Shown: in pieces, positions 50,335 to 60,308 of the stretch
Position numbering within the stretch: the stretch's first letter is position 1
How the letters are laid out: the number at the start of each line of letters is the position of its first letter
From: Candidatus Marinacidobacterales bacterium
GTDB taxonomy: Bacteria; Acidobacteriota; Vicinamibacteria; Marinacidobacterales; DATDRI01
NCBI GenBank assembly: GCA_965226495.1
Contig: OZ245365.1
Coordinates: forward strand, 1,440,001 to 1,504,000
DNA length: 64,000 nt
Direction: 5' to 3'
The notes under the pieces: generated by a model
Databases searched by the model: none
What the model was told of the DNA's origin: nothing
Seen by the model: the letters and a program-made list of their open reading frames with translations, nothing else
Made by a program: the position numbers and the translations under genes

Positions 50335-50367
50335 TGCCGGCCCGGCGAGGCGGGGGGAGGGGAGGCT
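50212..50367. repeat. 35-bp direct repeat (50212-50246 and 50333-50367)
   Basis: AG-TGCCGGCCCGGCGAGGCGGGGGGAGGGGAGG-CT occurs twice. Confidence 0.95.
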
Positions 50368-50427
50368 CGAAATCGTTTACAGGTCGCTTGGAGTCACCTG
50401 CAAACCGATAATACCCTGTTGACTACG

Positions 50428-52116
50428 ATGATTACGACTGCTTTCGTTCGTCGGGTATTGCTGTTGCTGCTGGCTGCGGCGCCAGCGTCAACCGTGCTCG
50501 CAGAAGACAAAGGCGGCGCTGTCCGCCTCGTTCTGCAGCTAACGGTGGACGGGCTTCGGGCCGACTTGCTGGCACGCAATGCCGACCGCTTCGGCGAGGG
50601 TGGATTCCGTTTCCTCCTCGAAAAGGGAACGGTATTTGCCAACGCGCATTACCAGCACGCTAACACGGAGACGATCGTTGGGCACGCAACACTGGCGACC
50701 GGTGCGCAGCCATCGGTCCATGGCATGACCGGCAACGTCTGGTATGACGCGGAAGCGGGTGAACTGACCTACAACATCGAGGACGCGGACCATCTTTTGC
50801 TGCCGGTTCGCAAAGAGCAGATGACGGGCGACCAGGTAGACCCGGCGCAGAGGTTGGCTCGGACGCAGGGTCGATCCCCGCGGGCGCTGCTCGCCGAAAC
50901 ACTAGCCGACAAGCTCCTTTCCTACACCGGCGGTCGTGCGAAGGTGTACGGCGTCTCGGGCAAGGATCGGAGCGCCGTCGCCATGGCCGGCCAGGGCGGT
51001 AAGGCCTTTTGGTTCTCGACCGACAGCGGTGACTTCGTCACCTCCACTTGGTATTACGACACGTACCCGGACTGGGTTGCCGGGTGGAATGCGGAACGCA
51101 AGGCGGACCGTAGCGCCGAAGCAACTTGGTCCCTGCTGAACGATCCCACGGCCTATCGACTCGCGCACCAGGACGGTCGTCCGTACGAAGCCGACCTGCG
51201 TGGTTACGGTCGAATCTTTCCGCACCAGTTCGGCGCGGCGGGGAACAAGCTGCTTTATACGCAAGTCATCGCGAGTCCGACGGGCGACAGTCTCTTGGCG
51301 GATTTTGCCGAGGTCTTGATCGTTAACGAAGGGTTGGGAAAGGACACAATCCCGGACTACTTATCGGTCAGCTTCTCCGGCGTGGACGCCGTAAATCACT
51401 TCTTCGGTCCCTCCAGTTTGGAGAACGAGGACATGGTGCTTCAGCTAGATCGCACGCTGGTCGACTTCCTCGGCTTCATCGACCGCCATATCGGCCTGGA
51501 CAAAACCCTAATCGTCTTGTCGGCCGATCACGGCATGGCGGAGATGCCGGAGTACATGGCCGAGCGTGGCTTCGATGCAGGGCGACTGACGCCCGATGTC
51601 ATCCAGGCCGCGGTGGATCGAATCACTGACGGGCTGTTTGGACTCGACGGCCTCGTGAAGTTCTACTACCGGCCGTACCTTTATCTCGATAACGATCGCA
51701 TCGTAGCCGCTGAGCTGGATCCGCAGGCGGTTCGGGAACGAGTGGCCGATGCGCTGACGCTCGAGCCCGGCATCCACCTAGCCGTCACCCGGCGGCGAGG
51801 CCTCAACACGCTGCCGAACTCGAAACTTCTTGGACAGATCCGAAACAACTACCACGAGGTTCGCGCCGGCGATATCTACGTCGTCCAGGACCCCTATTGG
51901 TTCAATTTCGACAAGGGCGCGGTGGTCGCCGCGCATGGCTCACCGTGGAACTACGACACTCATGTGCCAGTGATCTTCGTCGGTGACGGGATCCCGACCC
52001 GGGTGGTTCACCGCCGCGTGCAGCCTGCAGATGTGGCTCCTACTATTGCTGCCTTGCTAGGGATGACCCCTCCCGCGTCATCTCAGGGTACTGTCTTGGT
52101 TGAGGTGCTCCAATAA
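50428..52116 (+). CDS. Alkaline phosphatase family protein (PafA-like)
   Basis: VDGLR, TETIVGHATLATG, KDRSA, DAVNH, SADHG and HGSPWNYDTHVP. Confidence 0.9.
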   Translation: MITTAFVRRVLLLLLAAAPASTVLAEDKGGAVRLVLQLTVDGLRADLLARNADRFGEGGFRFLLEKGTVFANAHYQHANTETIVGHATLATGAQPSVHGMTGNVWYDAEAGELTYNIEDADHLLLPVRKEQMTGDQVDPAQRLARTQGRSPRALLAETLADKLLSYTGGRAKVYGVSGKDRSAVAMAGQGGKAFWFSTDSGDFVTSTWYYDTYPDWVAGWNAERKADRSAEATWSLLNDPTAYRLAHQDGRPYEADLRGYGRIFPHQFGAAGNKLLYTQVIASPTGDSLLADFAEVLIVNEGLGKDTIPDYLSVSFSGVDAVNHFFGPSSLENEDMVLQLDRTLVDFLGFIDRHIGLDKTLIVLSADHGMAEMPEYMAERGFDAGRLTPDVIQAAVDRITDGLFGLDGLVKFYYRPYLYLDNDRIVAAELDPQAVRERVADALTLEPGIHLAVTRRRGLNTLPNSKLLGQIRNNYHEVRAGDIYVVQDPYWFNFDKGAVVAAHGSPWNYDTHVPVIFVGDGIPTRVVHRRVQPADVAPTIAALLGMTPPASSQGTVLVEVLQ

Positions 52117-52117
52117 C

Positions 52118-53797
52118 ATGCGCGGGCGAACCCTAGCTTCTGCCGGCCTGGCTGTCTTTGTCGGTTGCGTTTCGTCAGAGCAGCCCGTTTCGAAGCGTCC
52201 CAACATCCTGCTGATCGTTGCCGACGACATGGGCTACTCCGACCTTGGCGCCTACGGCGGCGAGATTGCAACGCCGAACATCGACGCTTTGGCGCAATCC
52301 GGCGTTCAGTTCACCGAGTTCCACGTGGCGCCCAACTGCGGCCCCACGCGCGGCGCCATGCTGACCGGGGTCGACTATCACCGGGCTGGTCTCGGCGGTA
52401 ACGTCGAAGTAGCCGCCGAGAATCAGCGTGGGCAACCTGCGTATCAGGGCTACTTGAGGGATGATGTGGTCACCATGGCGGAGCTCCTTCGTCACGGGGG
52501 GTACCACACCTATATGACGGGGAAGTGGCACTTGGGGAGTGACGAACGGAATCGTCCAAGCGGGCGCGGCTTTGAGCAATCGTTCGCTTTGATGAACGGT
52601 GGAGCGAGCCATTGGTCCGACCAGGCAGCTCTCATCCCGGGCAGTGTTACGCGGTACATGCACAATGGCCAGCCGGTCTCGGAGTTGCCAGACGATTTCT
52701 ACTCCACGACGGCCTACACGAATCGGATGATCGAGTTCATCGATGAGAACGCAGGCGACGGGACACCGTTCTTTGGGTACCTGGCGTACACCGCACCGCA
52801 CAACCCACTGCACGTACCGGCCGAGCATATCGAGAAACACCGTGGGCGATACGATGGCGGGTGGGACGTACTAGCCCAGGAGCGGGTCGCGCGCCAGCGG
52901 GAGCTTGGCCTACTGGATGAATCAGACACGCCGCATCCTCGGCCGGAGTGGATCTCGGCCTGGGACGAGTTGACGGCAGAACAGCGAGCAGGGCGAGCCC
53001 GCGACATGGAAGTCTATGCTGCCATGATCGACTACATGGACCAGAGCGTCGGAAGGGTTCTCGATTACCTACGCGAGATCGGTGCTTACGACGATACGCT
53101 CATCGTCTTTATCTCCGACAACGGACCGAGTCGCACAACGATCCTGGATTACTTGGCTTTCGGTGGGGAAACCGCCGAGTTCTTCGCACGGTTCGACAAT
53201 AGTCTCGACAACAAGGGACTGCCGAACTCTTCCACCGACATCGGGCCCGGATGGGCGTACGCCGCGGCGGCTCCGTTTCGTTTGTTCAAAGGCTACGTGG
53301 CGCAGGGTGGTATCCAGGTGCCGGCTGTCGTCAAGTTGCCGGGCTCGATGGAAAAGGCCTCCACGAGGATCGGCGTACCGACCCACGTCATGGATCTCAT
53401 GCCGACGTTTCTCGAGGTCGCCGGGCAGACCCATCCGGAGACATTCATGGGCAATTCGATCGCACCTCTGCTGGGCGTTTCGCTGATACCATTGCTGACA
53501 GGAGATTCGGACGCGGCCTTCACCCAACGGGGATTGGGCTGGGAGGCGTATGGGATGGACGCCTACCGCCGCGGTGACTGGAAAGTACTCAGACTGCCGG
53601 AGCCCTACGGCAACGGCCAATGGCAGCTCTACAACCTAGCGGAAGATCCTGGTGAGGTGAACGACTTGTCGGGAGAGAATCCCCAACTAGTCAACGAGCT
53701 CGCTCGGGCCTGGGAAGGTTATGCCGAGGCCAATGGTATCATCCGACCCAATCAACCAGTCGCCTACGCGCGTCCGATCTCCGGCCGCAAGCACTGA
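52118..53797 (+). CDS. Arylsulfatase (Cys-type), lipoprotein
   Basis: PNILLIVADD, CGPTR, GKWHLG, APH and SDNG; lipobox FVGC. Confidence 0.93.
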   Translation: MRGRTLASAGLAVFVGCVSSEQPVSKRPNILLIVADDMGYSDLGAYGGEIATPNIDALAQSGVQFTEFHVAPNCGPTRGAMLTGVDYHRAGLGGNVEVAAENQRGQPAYQGYLRDDVVTMAELLRHGGYHTYMTGKWHLGSDERNRPSGRGFEQSFALMNGGASHWSDQAALIPGSVTRYMHNGQPVSELPDDFYSTTAYTNRMIEFIDENAGDGTPFFGYLAYTAPHNPLHVPAEHIEKHRGRYDGGWDVLAQERVARQRELGLLDESDTPHPRPEWISAWDELTAEQRAGRARDMEVYAAMIDYMDQSVGRVLDYLREIGAYDDTLIVFISDNGPSRTTILDYLAFGGETAEFFARFDNSLDNKGLPNSSTDIGPGWAYAAAAPFRLFKGYVAQGGIQVPAVVKLPGSMEKASTRIGVPTHVMDLMPTFLEVAGQTHPETFMGNSIAPLLGVSLIPLLTGDSDAAFTQRGLGWEAYGMDAYRRGDWKVLRLPEPYGNGQWQLYNLAEDPGEVNDLSGENPQLVNELARAWEGYAEANGIIRPNQPVAYARPISGRKH

Positions 53798-53803
53798 GGT
53801 TAC

Positions 53804-54661
53804 ATGGAAAAGGAGGTTCCCTATATGACGAGCCGAACAATCTTCATTTGGAGTGCGGTCCTGGCAGCGATGGTGCTGTTCAACGGCAACGCGCAGCCGT
53901 TTCCCGCCCCGCCCGGCGCTACTTCTCAGGCTGGCGTTGGAGATACCGAGGAGGTGGACGCAGACGCAGATCGCATCCTGCGCGAGATGGGCGACTACTT
54001 GAAGTCGGCCGAAGAGTTCAGCTTCAAGGCTGACGTTGCCTACGACGAGATTGAGGGAGGGCAGAAGATCCTATTTGGTGGCGTCGCGCACATAGCCATC
54101 CGTCGCCCCAACCGATTGAACGTCGAGTTCAAGGGTGACGAACGGCAGAGTCGAGTCGTCTTCGACGGTAAGACGGTGACGCTCCACAACGTTGCCAAGA
54201 ACGTGTACGCGGTGGCGGAAGCCCCACCCGAGATCGACGCCGCGCTCGACCGCTTCTTCGAGGTGTACGGTTCTTCCGTCCCGATAGCGGATCTCGTCTA
54301 TGCGGACCCCTATCGCACGCTCATCGAGAACGTCGAAGACGGATTCGTGGTGGGCCAACACCCGGTGAACGGGATCCTGTGCCATCACCTGGCCTTTTGG
54401 CAGGAGGGGATCGACTGGCAGATCTGGATCGAGGTCGGACCGCGACCAGTGCCAAGGAAGCTGGTCATCACGTACAAGGACGAGCCGGGCTCGCCACAAT
54501 ACATCGCCGAGCTCTCGGGCTGGGACTTCCACCCTCGGCTATCGGATCATTACTTCACGTTTCGTCCACCCGCGGGATCGGACGAGATCGAATTCCTGCC
54601 ATCTCAAGAACGTATTCAGCCAAGTGAGCCTATTGAGCCTAGCGAGGAGGACAAGCCATGA
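53804..54661 (+). CDS. DUF2092 family periplasmic protein
   Basis: RRPNRL, CHHLAF, DWQIWI, PVPRKLVITYK and PQY. Confidence 0.85.
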   Translation: MEKEVPYMTSRTIFIWSAVLAAMVLFNGNAQPFPAPPGATSQAGVGDTEEVDADADRILREMGDYLKSAEEFSFKADVAYDEIEGGQKILFGGVAHIAIRRPNRLNVEFKGDERQSRVVFDGKTVTLHNVAKNVYAVAEAPPEIDAALDRFFEVYGSSVPIADLVYADPYRTLIENVEDGFVVGQHPVNGILCHHLAFWQEGIDWQIWIEVGPRPVPRKLVITYKDEPGSPQYIAELSGWDFHPRLSDHYFTFRPPAGSDEIEFLPSQERIQPSEPIEPSEEDKP

Positions 54662-55527
54662 AGAAGAGACAAAAGACCACGAGAGTCCGCCGCCCCTTGG
54701 TGTTCGTGTTCGCGGCCCTGATGGTTGGGGGCGCGTTGCTTCCGGAGCTAGCCTCTGCGCAGAGGAGAAACGGGAGCGTTCGTCATTCCAGCAAAACCGG
54801 CCCGAAAGGCAACACGCGGACCAGCACGACCCGAACGACGAGCCGAGGCCGAGGCACAGCTCGGGCGCCTGCAACCCGGTCGTCCGCCCGCGCCGGCTAT
54901 CGCGCCGGCGCTCGTACCGGGTATCGGCACGGGAGCTACCACGGTTGGCACAATGCCAGGAATAACTACTGGCGGTGGCGCACCGTGACCGGTCTGTTCA
55001 AGTTGGGCGTCTATGCGGCGACCCGACCCAAGCAGTCGACGACGGTGGTCGTGACCGGATCGACTTACTACTACTCGGGCGGGGTCTACTACATGTCATC
55101 GGGGAGCGGCTACGTCGTCGTCGCGCCTCCGCCAGGCGCGGTCGTGTACTCGGTGCCGACGTATTCAACCGTGGTCTATGTCGGGACCACCGAGTACGTC
55201 TACGTCAGCGGAGCGTACTACGTCCCGACCACGAAGCCGGCGGAACAGCCTCCCCCGCCCGATCCCAACGCGACCCAGACAGCCGCTTCGCCAGAGGAGG
55301 CGAAGGATCCTTCCGAGATTACGATGAAGGAGGGGGGCGAAGATCAGAACTACGAGGTCATTGCTGCACCGGTGGGTGCTACCGTGCCCTACCTTCCGGA
55401 AGAGGCGAAGGAGAAAACCGTAGGCGGGAAGAAGTACTTCGTCTACAGTGATACGTACTATCGCGCCTTCGCGAGCGATGGCGACACCGTCTACATGGTG
55501 GTTGAGGATCCCAGTAAGCAGGCTTGA
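54658..55527 (+). CDS. Secreted Arg/Tyr-rich protein with YYY..GVYY..YVVVAPP repeats (DUF6515-like)
   Basis: Signal peptide, a basic low-complexity segment and repeated Tyr-rich beta units. Confidence 0.65.
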   Translation: MKKRQKTTRVRRPLVFVFAALMVGGALLPELASAQRRNGSVRHSSKTGPKGNTRTSTTRTTSRGRGTARAPATRSSARAGYRAGARTGYRHGSYHGWHNARNNYWRWRTVTGLFKLGVYAATRPKQSTTVVVTGSTYYYSGGVYYMSSGSGYVVVAPPPGAVVYSVPTYSTVVYVGTTEYVYVSGAYYVPTTKPAEQPPPPDPNATQTAASPEEAKDPSEITMKEGGEDQNYEVIAAPVGATVPYLPEEAKEKTVGGKKYFVYSDTYYRAFASDGDTVYMVVEDPSKQA

Positions 55528-55600
55528 GCGAGCTCAAGGGAAGTGTGCCGGCTACTGTGACCAGTCGAACGCCAACGTGGAAGGGAACTCATCATTAGCG

Positions 55601-55628
55601 CCAACTGGGCCAACTGGGCCAACTGGGA
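55601..55628. repeat. 9-bp tandem repeat CCAACTGGG x3
   Basis: Seen directly in the intergenic region. Confidence 0.8.
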
Positions 55629-55653
55629 GTGAGCCGGCCAGGGCAGAACGAAG

Positions 55654-56430
55654 ATGTTGTACGATCACATCCTTGACGACGTTCCCATTGGGGCGGTGTA
55701 TGTCGGCGCCGTTCTGCTTTTCCTTTTTTCGGTCGAGGCCGCCTATCAATTAGGGCGGCGGCGGCCGGGCTCCGACGCGTCGCAAAGCGGTATCGCCCTA
55801 GGCGCCATGTTCGCGCTCGTTGGATTCTTACTCGCCTTTACATTTGGAATGGCCGGAACGCAGTACGATGCTCGCAGACGATTGGTGATCGAGGATGCCA
55901 ACGCCATTGGTACCACGTATTTACGCGCGGGGCCGCTGCCGGAACCCCATCGCTCGAAAATCCGTAATTGGTTGCGCGAGTACGTCGCCGACCGGCACGT
56001 TGTCAATATTGAGACCGTGGAGCAACTGGCGGCACGTTCCAAACAACTGCAGCAGCGACTCTGGGCCGAGGCGACGGCGGTGGCCCAAGCGCATCCCACC
56101 CCTATCGTCTCGCTCTTCATCCAGTCGCTAAACGATATGTTCGACCTTCACACCAAACGAATATCCGTGACCCTTTGGACCCGCATCCCGCCCATGATTT
56201 TCGCTACGCTTGCCTTGCTATCCATGCTAGTCATGGCGTTAGTGGGGTACGTGCTGGGCCTGGCTGGTCGCCGTCACGTTTTTTCGACCTCGCTGCTGGT
56301 TGTGACATACGCCACGGTTTTCTTGATGGTCATCGATCTGGATCGTCCCGAGCAAGGAATGTTTCAGGTGAGTCAGCAGCCCATGATCGACGTCCGCGAT
56401 AGCATGGCTGCCTCGACGGAGCCGCGATGA
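55654..56430 (+). CDS. DUF4239-like membrane protein
   Basis: LLAFTF, DANAIGTTYLR and DLDRP. Confidence 0.8.
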   Translation: MLYDHILDDVPIGAVYVGAVLLFLFSVEAAYQLGRRRPGSDASQSGIALGAMFALVGFLLAFTFGMAGTQYDARRRLVIEDANAIGTTYLRAGPLPEPHRSKIRNWLREYVADRHVVNIETVEQLAARSKQLQQRLWAEATAVAQAHPTPIVSLFIQSLNDMFDLHTKRISVTLWTRIPPMIFATLALLSMLVMALVGYVLGLAGRRHVFSTSLLVVTYATVFLMVIDLDRPEQGMFQVSQQPMIDVRDSMAASTEPR

Positions 56431-56568
56431 AGAACGCAAGAACCGGCATCGCTGGAGGCGCCCGACGTTCGGCCGGCGGCTAGGTACAAGTGGAAACTCG
56501 ACCGCAAGTTGGAGAGAGTTTATCGTGACGGGCAGTGGGTCTTGCTAATTTCATGGAAGCAGCAAAAG

Positions 56569-57174
56569 ATGAAGAATTGTAAATCGTTTCGCAGTGCTAT
56601 TCTTATCGGGGCGCTAGCCATAGCGGCAGGGCTACCCTACACGGCCACGGCTCGGGGGGCTCAGAACGAAGAGCTCAAGAAGATGACCGGGGAGGTCGTG
56701 AATACGATCGCCAACTTGCCGGACTATACCGCGTATGACTGGCTCACCTTCTCAATCGCTGACGGCGTCGTTACATTGAGTGGGTTCTCCACCACGACTC
56801 GCCTTCGTAGCAATGCCCCAGATGCAGTTAAAAAAGTGGGAGGCGTCAAGGAAGTCAAGAGCGAGATTGAGTATACTCGGGGACCAAAGTCAGACGAACA
56901 ACTACGGCGCGGGATCTATAAGGCTAACTATGTCACTTACCTCCAGTCCTACGGCAAGGAAGCGATGTATTTCGCCGCGGGTGCGCAGACGGCGCTGCCG
57001 CGAGGTCCTCACCCTATCCACATCCTCGTCTTGAAGGGCGATGTTACCCTCAGGGGTTACGTGCACTCCGAGGAAGACAAAGAGGAAGCGTCCAAGGCCG
57101 TCAACAATTCCGTGGGGGGCATGGTGAAGTCGCTCAAGAATGAGCTCGTTGTGAAGCCCAAGCAGTCCGAGTAG
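56569..57174 (+). CDS. BON-domain protein
   Basis: Two GxVTLxG motifs, IHILV and a signal peptide. Confidence 0.85.
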   Translation: MKNCKSFRSAILIGALAIAAGLPYTATARGAQNEELKKMTGEVVNTIANLPDYTAYDWLTFSIADGVVTLSGFSTTTRLRSNAPDAVKKVGGVKEVKSEIEYTRGPKSDEQLRRGIYKANYVTYLQSYGKEAMYFAAGAQTALPRGPHPIHILVLKGDVTLRGYVHSEEDKEEASKAVNNSVGGMVKSLKNELVVKPKQSE

Positions 57175-57247
57175 ACGGAAAATCGAAGCGAACGACACAA
57201 ATCGTCCCACCACGACGGAGAACTCCGTCCAATAAAGGAGTCGGACA

Positions 57248-57932
57248 ATGTTTACGGTCACTGGATGTAGAGCGTTAGCGGCCACGTTTTTTCTTCTAAC
57301 GGCTAGCACACTTGCTTTGGCAGACGAGGAGGAGGTTCTGAGCGAAGAGTCTCGTGTCGAGACGAGCGAGGTTGAGAGTGTCGAGTCGAGCCCCGAGGCG
57401 CTCGCCTTCGTTCAGGCGAAGCCCATGCCGGAGGACGATGAGTGGCATTTTGTTGCCGTTCCCTACCTTTGGATCGTTGACACGGCCGGTACTCGGTCTC
57501 AAGCTTCTGTTCTGGGAATCGTGGCCCTACTACCGACTTGGCGGGGGGAAAAACGTCTTCGACGTGATCGGTGGCATTCGTTACTACCGCATCACGAACA
57601 CCCTCGACTTTAGTCAAATTGGCGGTCCGACCCAGGACCTATCGGTCGACTGGGTGGACCCCATCGTGGGTGGGCGTTTTATCGGCCAGGTGCATCCGAA
57701 AGTGCGTGTGACGGCTCGAGCGGACTTCGGTGGCTTCGGGGTCGGTGCAGAACTGACGACGAATCTTCAGGGTGGTGTCGCGATTACATTGAAAGAAAAA
57801 TTCCTTCTTGTCTTTCAGTACCGCTGGATGGACATCGATTACACACAAGGCGAGACCCGTTTCAACCGCAATTTCTTCGAATATGACGCGACATCGCAGG
57901 GGGCCCTCATCGGATTCGGCTTCGAGTTCTGA
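57248..57932 (+). pseudogene. Outer-membrane beta-barrel gene with a frameshift and probable internal deletion near 57490
   Basis: Frame 1 has a signal peptide and WHFVAVPYLW. Frame 2 has GGIRYY, WVDPIVG, RADFGGFGVG and a terminal F. Confidence 0.75.
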
Positions 57933-58021
57933 CTTGCTGTCGGTGGGGCAGCGCGCACGCCGGACGGTCGGGTCTACCGTTCGCGCTCCTGTGACTCTGC
58001 TGACTGTATTACCCTGATATA

Positions 58022-58987
58022 GTGCCGCACCGATTGGACATTGCGGGAAGAAGAAAACGCGAAGCAAGATGGAGGTCCTCGATGAGTTGCGCATGCCTGT
58101 GCTGGATGGTGCTCACGGTTAACACCTTGATTCCAGTATCCTTGGCCCGCGGGCAAGAGCAAGAACCGGAGCAGAAGACGGAAGAGCCGGAAAAAAAGGA
58201 CCCCGGCTGGTCCAACGTGGCCGACGTGGGGGTCGTGGCGCTAGCAGGGAATACTTCGTCGATTACGTTTCAGATCGATAACAAGCTCCGGTACCGAACG
58301 GAGAAACAGGAGTGGACGCTCTGGGCAGGTGGTCTCAAGATCGAGCCGGCGCAGAGACCCATTGCGGTCGGCACCGTCGATGGTTTCGCTGTCGTCGAGC
58401 CGTCGCGTTTCGTGGCGGCCGCGCGGTACTACATCGCTTCTCGCTTTGAGAGGAAAATAAAGAAGAACTTTTTCGGTGTAGGCGGCGGTGGCTGGAGCCG
58501 CGATCAGAACGCAGGAATCGAGAACCTTCTCAGCCTATATGGAGGAGTGGGCAACGTCTGGCTCGATCGCTCCGAGCACAATCTTCGCACCGATTACGCG
58601 ATCGCATTCACGCATCGAGTAGAAGACATCCCCGATCCGGCAAAGGAAGAGCGCTATCCTGAGGCTCGATTCGCCATGGAATACGTTATCGGATTCGGCA
58701 AACATGCCAAGTTCAATAGCAACTTCATTTTTCACACCCACATCGGGGAAGCCGCCGACTATCGGTTCACCCTTAGCAACTCAGTCACCGCCAGCCTGAC
58801 CAACATCTTCTCGCTAAGGGGAAGTCTGCAGCTCTTCTACTTTAACCAGCCGTCGCTCGAAGAGATATCGCTCTACAGCGTTCCTCCGGATCAAGGAGGC
58901 GTGGCGGACGGCACGGTTCTCATCCAACGCGAAAAGCTCGACATGTCGTTGAAGCTTTCGTTAGTCGTTACCTTCTGGGGTTCTTAG
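58022..58987 (+). CDS. DUF481-like outer-membrane beta-barrel protein (start uncertain)
   Basis: AGNTSS, RDQNAGI and amphipathic strands. Confidence 0.7.
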   Translation: MPHRLDIAGRRKREARWRSSMSCACLCWMVLTVNTLIPVSLARGQEQEPEQKTEEPEKKDPGWSNVADVGVVALAGNTSSITFQIDNKLRYRTEKQEWTLWAGGLKIEPAQRPIAVGTVDGFAVVEPSRFVAAARYYIASRFERKIKKNFFGVGGGGWSRDQNAGIENLLSLYGGVGNVWLDRSEHNLRTDYAIAFTHRVEDIPDPAKEERYPEARFAMEYVIGFGKHAKFNSNFIFHTHIGEAADYRFTLSNSVTASLTNIFSLRGSLQLFYFNQPSLEEISLYSVPPDQGGVADGTVLIQREKLDMSLKLSLVVTFWGS

Positions 58988-59076
58988 CCTCAAGAGTAGT
59001 TGTTTTTCCTATATCAAAATATTCACTAAGGCCCCGGAGCAAGCTTGATGAGAGAATTACAAGACAATTTTTGTGA

Positions 59077-59235
59077 ACGGTCCCCATCGGCGGGGGCGCC
59101 GGCAAGCTGGTCAAAGTGGGCAGGCGTGGCATCGACCTTCAAGTTTCCGCCTTCTACAACGTCGTCCATCCGGAGGCCCGGCCGCACGCGGACTGGACCT
59201 TGCGAATACAGCTTCAGTTCCTATTCGCGAGTTAA
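59077..59235 (+). pseudogene. C-terminal remnant of an outer-membrane beta-barrel transporter
   Basis: Manual translation: TVPIGGGAGKLVKVGRRGIDLQVSAFYNVVHPEARPHADWTLRIQLQFLFAS*. It is preceded by TGA and has no start codon. Confidence 0.6.
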
Positions 59236-59340
59236 TCCCAGTGACGTGCCACCGACTTCGGTCGGCACTGCGCCGGTAGAAGTTCTGACCATGATTGTTC
59301 ATGGCATGACGTCTGGCTCAACGCCGCTGTCCGTCGTTGA

Positions 59341-59870
59341 TTAATCCGTGAGTGGATAGTGGAGCTCCGCGCCCACCAGGTGCGCCGGATGGCGCCGGGC
59401 TTCGGACGAAACTTCGTCACGCGGCCGTTGAAGACCGAGGCGGAGTACAAGTTCCCCTCCTCATCAGCTGAAAAGCTGGTGCTCACCATTCAGGTATCCA
59501 AGGCCTCCGCCCGAGGTGCCCCAACCGTAGAGGAGCTTGCCGTTCAGGTCGTAAGTGAGGATCTTCTGGGTCACGCCAATCGATGTCGGTCGGCCGCGAG
59601 AAGTGATTACCATCCCTCCCCGCTACACCCCTCTCGCCGAGCGTCATTACCAGATCGCCGTCATTCGTGAACTTGTGGATGAGGTGCAGGTTGTCGTCGA
59701 TCACCCAGACGTGCTTGTCGGGATCGTAGGGGCTCATCTTGATCTTGTGCGGCCCGCGCCCGCCCGGCACATCGAAGAGCTGGCCGTGCTGGGTCCACGC
59801 CTCGACCATCTTGCCGTTGCGATCCACGACGAAGATGCAATGTTCGTAGCGCAGTCGCGCGGCGTCTTCA
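59341..59870 (-). pseudogene. Remnant of an NHL-repeat (peptidylglycine alpha-amidating lyase-like) gene
   Basis: GPHKIKMSPYDPDKHVWVIDD...FSRPTDIDW, then frameshifted pieces YDLNGKLLYGWG and DEEGNLYSASVFNGRVTKFRPKPG. Confidence 0.7.
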
Positions 59871-59973
59871 ATCAAGTTTCGTGGTTGCTTCACCGAACGT
59901 CCCTGAACACAAGTACTTACACGCATCTTGTCAGTGGGGGAGAGTTGCTCTCGGAAGACATATGGACTATGGC

Positions 59974-60008
59974 TTGATCGACTGTTTTAAAAAGGCTATT
60001 ATAGCTTT
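59974..60008 (+). promoter_or_regulatory. vapBC promoter and operator
   Basis: TTGATC upstream of the imperfect palindrome AAAGGCTATTATAGCTTT, which abuts the ATG (probably leaderless). Confidence 0.55.
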
Positions 60009-60308
60009 ATGAAAGTAGCTACAATATCCCAAACGAAAAATCAGCTCAGTGCTTTGCTGGACCGGGTTCGTCACGGAGAAACCATCCTCATTGTGGACCG
60101 CGACCGTCCGGTAGCTCGGTTAGAACCTGTCGTAACAGCCGAGGAAGGCGACGAAGACGGACGTCTATCTCGATTGGAACGGGCGGGTTTGATTCGCCGC
60201 GGCCGTGGCTCGGCGGGCCAGGAGGTTTTGAAAAACCGCCCGCCGAAGGCCGTGAAAGATGGCGACATTCTTCAAGCGCTTCTGGCCGATCGCGAGGAGG
60301 GACGGTGA
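60009..60308 (+). CDS. Phd/YefM family antitoxin
   Basis: TKNQLSALLDRVRHGETILIVDRDRPVARL. Confidence 0.92.
   Translation: MKVATISQTKNQLSALLDRVRHGETILIVDRDRPVARLEPVVTAEEGDEDGRLSRLERAGLIRRGRGSAGQEVLKNRPPKAVKDGDILQALLADREEGR

Noticed and set aside
59074-59076. In-frame TGA before the barrel fragment as possible recoding
   Set aside because: There is no upstream reading frame or SECIS-like context; it is more simply a decayed TGG.
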